Both the position numbers and the translations under genes were made by a program. From Glaucostegus cemiculus (lineage: Eukaryota), in NCBI GenBank assembly GCA_976551045.1, contig CDPCPM010000196.1, forward strand, positions 2,728,001 through 2,792,000: DNA of 64,000 nucleotides, in the 5' to 3' direction. Under the pieces are notes generated by a model. The model made no database searches. It had not been told where the DNA came from and saw only the letters and a program-made list of their open reading frames with translations. This document shows positions 53,011 through 64,000 of the stretch, one piece after another (position 1 is the stretch's first letter; each line of letters begins with the position of its first letter).

Positions 53011-56000
53011 GTGAACGTAGATTTCGTTTCGAAGTGATGTTACAGAACTCCATATTGTTTTATTACATTTCTTTCCGCCAGGATAGAAAGAAACCAATCG
53101 AACCATCGAGTCTTGACCGGCTGTCAGCCTAATCGCTTCAATCCCATTCCCTTCCTTCTATCCTTGAAAATTATTCTCTCAACCCGATCAACAGAACACT
53201 GCCCATCCACACACGAGACAATCCGCAGTGGCCAATTAATCTGCAAACCACGAATGTTTGGAATGTGGGTGGAATCCGGAGCACCCCAAAGAAACCTTTG
53301 CCATCACAAAAGGAATGTGCAAAACCTCACGCAGACAGCAAGGAAGTGCAGAATCGAACCTGTCACACTGATATTTTGAGGCTGCAGATTTATCTGTGCG
53401 TTGAAAAGTAGTTGCAGACAATCAACTTTCAAGGTCCGTGTTTATGGAAGCCCAGCAGAGATATTCTCACTATCTGCAGATCAAGAGTGTTTTAATCCCA
53501 AACAAATCAAGGAAGTTCTGTGAACTGAAAGATTTGGGATTGTATTGTTACTTCGCGAATTTTAAATAACATAACTGTTGATCCAAATTCACTAACACCA
53601 TATTTCCTCGAGGGACGATTCTGATACAATCAGATGTATTGGTTAAGAAGTTGAGTTTGCACTGGTTTGCATTAACAATAATCTATAGAGGATATTTTTT
53701 TGTCCCAAAAGTCAAACATTAACATGAAAACTTTGGTGGCTGGGTGATGATCAGTATGATGGGGCGTCTCTTGAAATCCATACTGACAACTCGTTGGAAC
53801 ATGGTGGCGCATTTCCTCCTCCTACATTGGAATTGTTAGTACATTGTGATGAAAGGCACAAGAGTGTGGAATGTGAAAGTGCATCCAGAAAGGATTTCGA
53901 GCAGTGCGTAGATAGTCCAACTGGAGAACTTGCATTGATGAAACTAATCTGAGGAAATGTAGCTGAGCAACCGGTTAGATTGTCAGTGGAGGACAGTAAA
54001 GGACTATAAATCATGGGAGCAAAATTAGGCTATTCGACTAATCAACATTGTTCCGCCATTTGGTCATGGCTGACCTATTTTTCCTCTCAACCCCATCCTC
54101 CTGCCTGATCTACAAAACCGTTGACGACCTGACTAATGAAGAACCTATTAAGATCTGCTTAAATGACTTGGCCTCCACAGCCATCTGTGGCAATGAATGC
54201 AAGAGATTAACCACGATCTGCCCAAAGAAATTCCTTTGGCTAAAGAGAATTTCAGTGAGAGTCACTCGCAGCTGTTACTCGGTGAGTCCACATCTGCATG
54301 TACTTCCAAGAACAGCTGTTTACAAGTTGATATGAAAATAAAAGATAATAATGGCAATGCTCGGGAGCCTTGGATGACAGGAGTTAAATTAAGTTGAGTC
54401 AAGATCGGAACAAAAGTCTTGCTTTAGGTGTAGGAAGCTAAAATCTGACCATGTGAATAACATAAAGGAAGCAAGAAAAATACAGAAACAAGGAATCAGG
54501 AGGTCTACAGCGTCCATGAAATATCTTAGGCAATCAGGATTAAGGAAAATGCCAAGGCAATTTTTGCATATATTATAAACAGGAAGATAACCAGCGAAAG
54601 AGAGGTTCAATGAAGGACAAAACAGGTAAGTTATGCTTAGTAAGATGAGCAAGGTACGAAATCCGATATCATATCGGTCCTCACTAACGAGAAGGACGTG
54701 GATGATTCTGAGATCAGGGAAAGCAGTGTTGTTACTCTAGGGTGTGCTGATTGTGGGAAGGAGTAGGTGCAAGATCGCTCGAGAGCACTGAAGTGCATAC
54801 GTCCCCAAGGCCCAGAATACTGATGAAATCAAGGCGGGAGATTGCTGGGCCAGAGTCAATAACTGTCCTTTTAAATTGGGTCCATTGTTATAGATGCAAC
54901 TGTACTGCACACTGGTTTGTCGTTTATAGCATTTTGAATGGAGGAACAACATTATTCTCCATTTTCTGGAAAATCAACCGATGCTAACTAAGATGCAAAG
55001 ATTTCAGGCAGAGGCCCAACAATGATTTCCTTTGTTCCAGTTTCAGGCATCTACAGATGCTGGAGGAGTTCATCGGGTCAAGCTTCACCAGTAGAGAGTT
55101 CAGCCTTTTCCTGCTAGAGATGATAGCATTTATGTTGATGTCAGATGGTTGCATGGGAAATTTCAAGAGTTGAGGGGCAGCGGGCGTGTTCGGATGAGTG
55201 GACCTGGGGAGTCACGAAGCGAGAACCCTCTTTAACATACTGTGGGTGTCGAAGCGAGGGGGTATATGTTTCTACTGGCAGAGTCTTGTTGAAGCTGCAG
55301 AATTATGAGAAAGATGATGTGCATAAAGAGAGGGCTAGGTGGATTAAATACACCAGGGGAAATCTTGATGATCCATTTTCTATGATACAGAAGTGTACGG
55401 GACAAAAGGGTGCGGAACATTTGAGCTGAGTTCAGGGCTATGATCTGTTCAGGGAAAGCCGGGATCAAGAAGGGAAACATTTTATAGGATCTGGAGCCTA
55501 TTGGACTTACAAGAAGCAGTGTGAGCCAAAGTGTTGTTTCCGTGTTGAATGCTTATGTGACACTGATTATTTGGAACAAATTTCAGAGTCTTTCGGGCAC
55601 TGATAAAACTGCATAATATGCCAATACTCTACAGATATGCCAATTTTTGGTGTTGGGCAGTTCATGAAAGGTACTTTGAACTTTGTATCATTGGAGTCAT
55701 CAACAGTTATCCAAGGAACACCAGGAAGTCTTGAGATAGTCTACATATTTTGAGTAGATTTGCATCCATCCATGTGTAGCAGTGAATGCTTACTGAAGAG
55801 GCACTGGTGTCATTCAGTTTTTAATGTTTGACTCCGTAAAGTTTTATGAATAAGGATGTACCACTTGCTTTTCTGCAGTCCTCGGACAGAAGCCATGGAT
55901 CTGAAGATGTGTGCAAGATTGCGACAATTCTCGATTACTTACTTCACTGTGGCACGAACTAACTTCTCTTCTGCCTCTGTCTAGCAATTCAAATCCAGAG

Positions 56001-57019
56001 TACGAATTGAATACAGGGACAGGGGCATGTATCACAGGACATCATCAATGCATAGTGGAAAAAAATACATGTGGGATTCACGGACCTGAATCTCGAGGCA
56101 GTTATTTACCTGTAAATTTCCATATATTCCAACTTCTTTCAAACTGGAAAGAACAATTTTCCATGGAATACATTTCAGTGTCAATCAAAGTCAATCAATC
56201 TTGCACCGTGCATTTCCTTCCAAAACACAGACAATTCCCTTTCATGGTAATATATCTGGAAATGGGTAGGAATAAAACAATAAATTATTCTTAAAAAAAT
56301 GATATTATTGGAGATATTTCACGTATTTGAGCAGTTAAACACCCCTGCTGTGAAAACCATCATTATTTGAAAAATGTTTGATTAAACACATTTAAACGTT
56401 TGAAATTCAGTGTCCTGTTCCTTGCTTTTCACCGCCACATAATATCTTCCAAATACTGCAGTTTCTACAAATTGGCCAAATGCTCCTGTTGCAATCCATT
56501 GTCTGCAACAGGAGCATTTAGAACGAGAGGGTATATTTTCTGATTTTCTGATTCTTCTTCCATTTACCATCGGGTCATGAAGACACATACACAAAATTTT
56601 AAGAATAGCCTGTTCCCTCTACTGTCAAATTTCTGAACGATCCGGTAACCCATGAACACTACTTCGCCCCCCCCCTTTTAACTAAGTAATTATTTTGTAA
56701 TTTTAATGTCCTTGCACGCTACCGCTGCCGCACCTCGAGAAACTTCAGGGCATACAGGAAGTGATATAGAATCTGATTCTTATTCTGATCTCAGACCGAG
56801 CATTTCAATTTAATTATTTAAGGCAACGCGTAAAGATGAAAAAATGAATTGTTGAAGCATGAAACCTAAAGTGTTCGAGCTTATCATGCATATGCCTATG
56901 GCTTTCTTCGAAGTTCCTTGCGTGGGTCTATAAATCCTCAATTTCTGTATTTTTACATCACTGCTCCAGGAAATCAGTTAAAAAATGTCTTAAGTAATGT
57001 ACTGTCAGAATTGTAATTC

Positions 57020-57175
57020 ATTTTGTTTACTCGCTCAAGTGGCAGTTATTGCCCAGTACCCATAATTAGCAGAAACAACCGTGTTTGTTTTACTTTGATT
57101 GTTCAAATAACTTACTAATCCCAATCATTTCGACCTGCTTATGCATCACAAGGGTTCTCCCAGGTATAAATTACA
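57020..57175 (+). promoter_or_regulatory. Full promoter cassette of copy 10
   Basis: TGTTTAC, GTGGCAGTTATTGC, TAATTAGCAG (57063), CCAATCA (57121), TTATGCATCAC, TATAAA (57165). Confidence 0.62.
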
Positions 57176-57235
57176 AACTTTAAAAGCGACTGAGGTCCTC
57201 TTGCACACACACTGGAAAGTCGCATCTGTCCGAGC

Positions 57236-59248
57236 ATGGGGCAGCCGATAATCATTCAGATAGAAAATATATATTACCCTATCTTTGCCGTTATAGGCGT
57301 TCCCGGTAAGTGGATTATTATTTATCTTCAGTCTTTTGATGTTAAGCCTTTACTGTTAATTCTCTGTGTGCTATTAGTAATGTGTTTGATGAGCACATGC
57401 CAATTATTGGCATTGAAAATCTAGCCGCCAAACAAAGAACGGAAGTGACTTCCATAGTGTTCATGAGCAACCACAATCAAACGACATGTCTTGGTAATTT
57501 TTGGCGCAAGTCGTCTGCTGGAAAGGATGTAGTGCCTCTGTGTGAAGTGACATAACGGGAGGATTGGCTAAATTAGACATTCATGGGTTTCGGTGTCTAT
57601 AAAAAGATAGAATGATAACTGTGTTATAATTGTCTCTACCAAGGAGGCTGTATGATGCTGTCCAAAGATGTTCTGCAAAGTGCTGACGCACACTATGTTC
57701 AGTGGGCCAGTCGTGGCCTACAGTAATAGCAGACTGCGCGCAAATGTTCTGTCTTATATGATTGTAATTGTATTTATATCCCCATATTGAAATAAATGTT
57801 TGACTCGTACCGACTAATTTTAGGATGGCCACACAAGTTACCCAGAATCTTTCAGACATTTCATGTTTCGTGTTCCATAAATAATCAAAACATTTCAACT
57901 GGGGTACAATATTTCTGATTTGCGTCTCAAAATAAAAGCACAGATCTGCTGATGAAGTAACAGAAATTTACATAGCACTGTGTGAACCTTGAGACTTATC
58001 AGCTTATTAGCCAGTATTGTTAACGTTTGACAGTATTCACTGGTGAAATGAATGGAATCTGATTCGATTAAACTGGACAGACCAGAATACAGTCTATATT
58101 TCGTCTGGTGGGAAACCGTTAGTCCAGTTGAGCCCTGCGCGCCAGGATTTTGAACATCTTCAGTTATGTCGCGAATCACTGCGTCTTATAATTCAGAAAC
58201 ATGTCCACATCGGTTATAAGAGGTAAAGAAGTCGATTAAAATGTCAGTTAATCCACTTAATTTCTTGCGACGAGCAGCCAGAATAACTGCTTTCCAGACC
58301 AATGAATGGTGATAAATTAAATTCTGTTCATTCCTGCAGCTAATTTGTTCGCCATCGTCATTCTGTCGCGGGGGAAGTGTGGTCTCTCCAAATGCATCAC
58401 GCGTTATATGCTGGCTATGGCCGTCGCTGATTTGCTGGTTGTGGTGATTGAGGTAATTATCTATGAGCTGAAAGATGGCTATTTCCCCTATACATTCGTG
58501 AATTTCACTCCCTTTTGTATTCTCAGTGTGGTCCTCAATTTTGTTTCCATTGATTGCTCCATTCGGCTGACGGTGGCCTTCACCTTCGATCGATTTGTCA
58601 CCATTTGTTGCCAGAATATACGAAAAAATACTGCAGCGAAAAAAACTGCAGCTCGGTAATAGCACTGGCGTATTCCGTAAGCATTTTAGAAAATATACTA
58701 ATGTATTTTGCCACCAACATCGAGAAATAATTGATAACGGAGCTTGGTTTTGTATTGTGAAATCAGATTTCTACAACTTACCAATATGGGTAACATATTG
58801 GTGGCTTGAAACCCTTTTAAAGCCATTTGTACCATTTTTGTTGATCATGCTGCTCAACGTCCTGACAATCAGACATATTATAGAAGCCAACAGAGTAAGG
58901 AACGGGCTAAGAGGGAAAAAGTATGATGACAGTTCCACAGATCAAGAGGTGGAGAACCGGAAGAAGTCGATCGTTCTATTACTCCCTGTATCTGGCAGCT
59001 TCATACTATTGTGAACGGTAAATTTCGCGTGTTTCATTAGTGTGCAATTCACAGATTCTCAGTTTATACTAACAAATTACAACGATCCATTTACCATTGC
59101 AGAACAAATCGTATATATGTTGAGATGTTTGAGTTCATGCACGAACAAGTTTATTTTCGCCGTGTTCCAGAATAAAATCAAGGAAAAAATAAAACATGTG
59201 ATTCGGAGCCCTTTCGTTTTTCTGACTAAATCAATAACGTCTCTTTAA
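57236..59248 (+). pseudogene. GPR139-like copy 10: exon 1 57236..57305, exon 2 58340..59248; three -1 deletions and W6.48->TGA
   Basis: ATG, GT/AG and TATA are intact and the frame is open through DRF. Single-base deletions near 58625, 58656 and 58708; TGA at 59012-59014. Confidence 0.88.
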
Positions 59249-62200
59249 TGTTTTAGTTAAAGTAAACTTCGTATCCAAGGGACATTGTTCGACTTCTATT
59301 TAACTTTTTGCATCTTTCTCTCCAAATTCAAAGGAGGCCATTCACGAGTGCAGACCGGCTGTCAGAATAATTTGTTGACAAATTCTCTTCCTTTTGCCCC
59401 TAAAACTTGTTGTCTCACATCCAAACGACGTTCCTCGAACTACCCAGTGCTCACGCGCACAGGATGAAATTTACAGCGACCACCCAATCTACAAACACGA
59501 ATATTTTGGATAAAAGTTAGAACCAGAAAATATGGAGTAAACCGGCATGGTGATAGTGAGAACGGTGAAGCTGCGCGCAGGCAGCAGCGGAGTACAGGAT
59601 CGAACCTCCGACCCTTGTGTTCTAAGCCTCTGAGTCACCGCATTACCAATTAATTTTATTTTGTGCCATTACGTTTCGGGCATATTGTCTATTAATACAA
59701 AGTAGTGACCGGTTGGAATTGTGCTCCACCTGAGCATCTTATATCAGCGTGAATGAGATCAATGATCATTAAGAATGCAAGTTCATCTGTTCTTTTGTGC
59801 ATTTTTCTCTTGCTATGTTTATTTAATATTAACCGTGTATTGCCGCAGATTTTAATTATTATTTTCAATATATCTAAATATCAGAAACATTTAAAACCAT
59901 TCCAGTTGCCTCAAAGTGGTCTTGAGGAGGATAGCTTCTGTCGACCAGGCGGCATTTGTGGCCCTTCCATTTGCTGTGGATCTGAGCCGTCCGCATTTCG
60001 CTGAAGAAGGTTATCCCGATCAGTATAGGTTAGAAGAGGAGGACAGGCAGAGCAAATACGGCCCAATAGCAAGACATCTTGTTTATGGCGTGTAAACAGT
60101 TTGAATAATATCTCTTGCCAATAGAGCTGTAACACTCGGGTTGAGGGAAGCAGAGCAGTGATATTCTCAATGTCTGCAGCTATATATGGTTTATGACAAA
60201 GCGACTGAATGAAATTTCTGCGAACGAACTATCTCAAATTGGCTTGGTAATGACTTATTGAATTTAATAAACGTAACTTTGGATTCATTGTTATCAACAA
60301 CTTATTGTATTTGAACGATTCCAATTTAATTAGTTGTATTAGTTGTGAACTAAAGCCTCACGTTGGGCTGACATGGACTATGCACACAGAAATAAAGTGA
60401 AAATTAGAATGAGTAAGTTATCTTGTATATTTGTTTCAAAGAAAACAGTGCTGATTGCTGCGTGCGAGGTGCCTGGACCTTGCGTCATGTTATTAGTCGC
60501 TGTATGTTTCTTACTGTGTTAAATCGACTGCTGTTAATATAGGATCTGTCCGTGTGCAACAATCATCTCCCATTCTACTCCACACGGGACCATTATTGAA
60601 AAAAAAATGTTTTAATACATGTGAAAATAGAGCGAGTAGAGCAACTGCCTCACGGGTGCAGAGACCCAGGCTCGATACTGACCTGGAGTGCGTTCTGTGT
60701 GGAGTTCCCACGTTTTCCCTTTATTTGTACTGTTTCCGCTAAGTGTTCTCCCTTTCCATGACACATCCCAAGTACGTGTTATCTGTTAGGTTAATGGGTC
60801 AGTGTAATTTGCCCTTTCTCTGTTGGTAAGTGAAAAATCCTTAGCTGAGTTGATGGGAGCGTGGAGCAAGGTGGTACGTGGATATAAATTTCAGATTTGT
60901 GGAAACGGGTGATTGATTGGTCGTCAGGATCGTGTGGTTAAGGGCCTCTATCAATTCAGCTTATTTCCATGGAGTTGTGAGTCTCCAGGTGCCTCGATAT
61001 TGTATTCTGCTGTTCTGTTTTCTGCAGATCCAGAGTGACAACGTTTTCTGGGGTGAAATCCTCAGACACATGGCCTTGGTGATATTAATAGATGGAAAAC
61101 AGTACCTGGTAGGCCGTAGCGGAATGCCGAGAAGTACAGCTCCAGACGAGGTCTGATGAGGACGAAAACTAGAGAGTCATCACAGAGTCTGACAGTACAG
61201 AAGGTGCCCTTCAGCCTAACATGTCCAAGCCGATATTTTTGCCAACCTGCACTAATCCCATTTGTCCACATTAGGAGAATATCCTTCCAAGTGTTATTAA
61301 GTTAATTCGCCGTTGAAATACCTCTTAATCAAATGTTGTAGTTTATTTCACTATCACTTTTGGAACAAGGTTTCATATATTATTCACTCTCTGGCTATAA
61401 ACAAATATCACCCCCCCCCAACCCCGCCGCCCCAAAGACATGCCTTTGAGACGACCTTCCACTGATCTCAAACCTATGCCCTATAATTTTGACAACTTGA
61501 TCGTGGGAATGGAATAACTAACACTGGCTAAGACAGTGATGGGCAACTTCCAGATAATATTTAATGGAATATTCTCCTAAAAGGCTTACATCATCATGCA
61601 AATGTGAGGTATGGGTGGTGATCACGTTGCTGGGAGGCCTCTTCAAACTCGACAGCAGATAGAGAGAAAACTCGCAGGGTTGTCGTGGCGGATTTCTGCC
61701 TTCCGATGTTAATGGGGATTAGGTTGATGGGAAAGTCAGAGAGTGGGTAAATTATTTAATGTGCATCCAGGGCCTCTATAGAGCAAGTACGTAGGTGGTC
61801 AACTGGATATATTGAATTACGGATCGTAATCTTCGGGAATATAGCTGGATAACTGTTTAGATAATGTGTGGGGAGTTTTTCAGAGATAGTCAGCATATCG
61901 ACTAAGTTATTGGTAAATCCATAATAGTTTTCAGGAAAGCTTTTAAATTACGTCTTGGCTGACAGAAGATGATTTAAGTTTCGGATGACAGGGGATAATT
62001 TGAGTTACGATTGAAAGGAAAAGAAACATTTGTCAGATGAAGGAATCTGAAAAAGGACAAGATCCGTGAGAAATATAAAGGAAAAAAGGAAGAACAGAAA
62101 TGACTTCTGTGTCAATCAATTCCTGTCACTGCGACTGTTCTTTCCCTTCCAAAACACCATGAATTACTTCTCATTGCAATATTTATGGTAATTGACAGGA

Positions 62201-63156
62201 AATAAAATAAATGAACTTTTTAAAAGATGGGTTGATTTGTTTTGATATATCCGAAATATTTCAGTAGCGGAATATCCCTATTATGAAAACAATTATAGGA
62301 TGTAAAATAATTGGTCAATTAAAGTGGGATGATTGAAACACTATACAGAATGTTTGGCTAAATCCCACCAAATTCACGTGAAATCTTCCAAAATATCCAC
62401 CTTTAGAAACTTGCCAAATTCCACATTTGCATGCGATTGACTGCATATATTTCGGTGTTTATTTGATTCTTATCCATCTCCTTCAGAATCCTGATGACCC
62501 ACATTCAACGATTTGGGACGAGATTATTCAGACGGATTTGTGTCGCTGTCCATGAACTCATGGACACTAATTCGTTATTCCTGTTTGCGGATTGTTTACT
62601 TATGTTCCAATTCATCTTAACTTATATGCATTTGCACCGTTCTACTGCCGCAAATCAACACGTTTCACGTCATCTGTCAGTGATAGTAAACCTAATTCTG
62701 ATTTTAATCTTAAACCAAGCACTTCATTTTAATTATTTCCACTATTATTTCAAGGAGAATTTTTTAATGCATGAGACCTAAAGTGTGCCTGCTATTCACA
62801 TACATGCCCTTGAAATGCTTCATAGTTATTTGCCTGCATTAATCAAATTATATCCTCAGATTCTGCAAAAATATAATTGCTACAAGAAACCTGACATCAA
62901 ATATATTTAGTAATGGGCAGTATGTTCGAAATTCTCCTACGATTTTGCTTATTAGTTGGAAGATATTGCTCAGTAGCCATAATTAGCAGCAGTAATCGAG
63001 ATCTGGTTTTCTTTGTTTCGTTTTTAAAAGACTGTCACCAATCCCAATGATTTTGCCCTGCTCATGCATCACAAAGATTCTTTCGGCTATCACTTGGAAA
63101 TTCAGAAAACGTGTGACATGTTCGTATAAGTTCAGCAATATCGCTTCACTCCAAGG

Positions 63157-63225
63157 GCGAAACAGCTGGTACTCGTTCAGAATGGAAATATTTACATCCT
63201 GATACTTGCCATAATTGGAGTTTCT
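63157..63225 (+). pseudogene. GPR139-like copy 11: exon-1 remnant without ATG; exon 2 not in window
   Basis: xKQLVLVQNGNIYILILAIIGVS followed by GTGAG. Promoter cassette 62945-63095 (TAATTAG at 62980, TATA lost). Intron homology continues to ~63670. Confidence 0.8.
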
Positions 63226-63679
63226 GTGAGCACCTTATGGTTTTCGGTCAATCCTTCACTGTTCGCCCTTTACTGTTAAATGTCTGGTGCTATTAGTAAT
63301 TTACTTGATGGATCCATGTCAATTGTTGGCATTGAAAATACAATCGACACGCAAATAATGAAAAAGCCTTCCACGGTGTGGATAGGGAACGGAAATTAGT
63401 ATGACATCTCTCGCAATTTTTGGCTTGAGTCCTCGATTTGAAGGGCAGGTCAGGCCTCTCTGGGAAGTGTCAGTCCCAGTAGATTGGTTAATTTAGACAT
63501 TTATACGGTTGTGGAAGCTGCGAAAGGACATGAATGCATTATAATTTTGACACCCCAGGACAATTAGAATGGCGCCTGCTGCACTCTGAAAATGTTCTGG
63601 CTAACTGCTAACATAATTAGCAGAATCACAGAACACGCACAGATGAAACGGAGTGCCCTCATATGTCCTGTCTTTGTTG

Positions 63680-64000
63680 TTGACCTGCAAAAAGAAACAG
63701 GTATTTGTGTGGACAACAAAGATTCGGAGGTTTTTCGGGATGAGGAAGTCACTACCGAGTAAGCACGAAGGTTTCGTTTGGGTTTCAAAGTGGAACATTT
63801 GGATTTCGTAATGACTCACTAAGCTATCTGCATCTCCGTTTTGTCTTCAGTCAAGGGTGGTTTTGAAAAAGCCTCTACTCACGTTTCGCCTTCGGGCTTG
63901 CTGAACTGAAATTTGAGAATTATTCCTGGAATTGGAGTTTGGGAATGTGCCACACACACAAACACACGACGAGATTAGTTTGAGGGTTAATGTTTAAAGT
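63680..64000 (+). mobile_element. Partial LTR of the same family inside the copy 11 intron
   Basis: Reverse-complement match to ~21580-21880 (GTCACTACCGAGTAAG, TTCCTGGA..TTGGAGTTT, GCCACACACAC); runs off the window. Confidence 0.75.

Noticed and set aside
3497-59248. Pseudogenes as a programmed gene-conversion donor library for the single intact gene
   Set aside because: The copies are heavily and randomly decayed with frameshifts, no long identical tracts with copy 6 were seen, and there are no recombination signals; ordinary birth-and-death explains them.
1-64000. Remaining short ORFs in the six-frame track
   Set aside because: They are antisense or off-frame shadows of GPCR copies and repeats, or chance ORFs with no recognisable domain.

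Overview
Vertebrate genomic DNA, most likely from a cartilaginous fish (shark/ray), judged from HE1-type V-SINEs, CR1, Rex1/Babar and Penelope-like repeats. The window is a head-to-tail tandem array, all on the + strand, of at least 11 copies of a two-exon class A GPCR of the GPR139/GPR142-like family. Each copy has a 70-nt coding exon 1 ending in TM1, a phase-1 intron and a ~0.9-kb exon 2. Only copy 6 is intact (join 33969..34038,35604..36514; 326 aa). Nine copies are pseudogenes or fragments, and copy 11 is a damaged exon 1 whose exon 2 is not in the window. Each gene sits in a ~6-14 kb duplicated unit sharing a compact promoter (TAATTAG, CCAAT, TATA), intron blocks and old transposon insertions. 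Two young solo LTRs with 4-bp TSDs and decayed Penelope hammerhead ribozymes are also present. Family and repeat assignments come from manual motif recognition, not database searches. Repeat boundaries are approximate.
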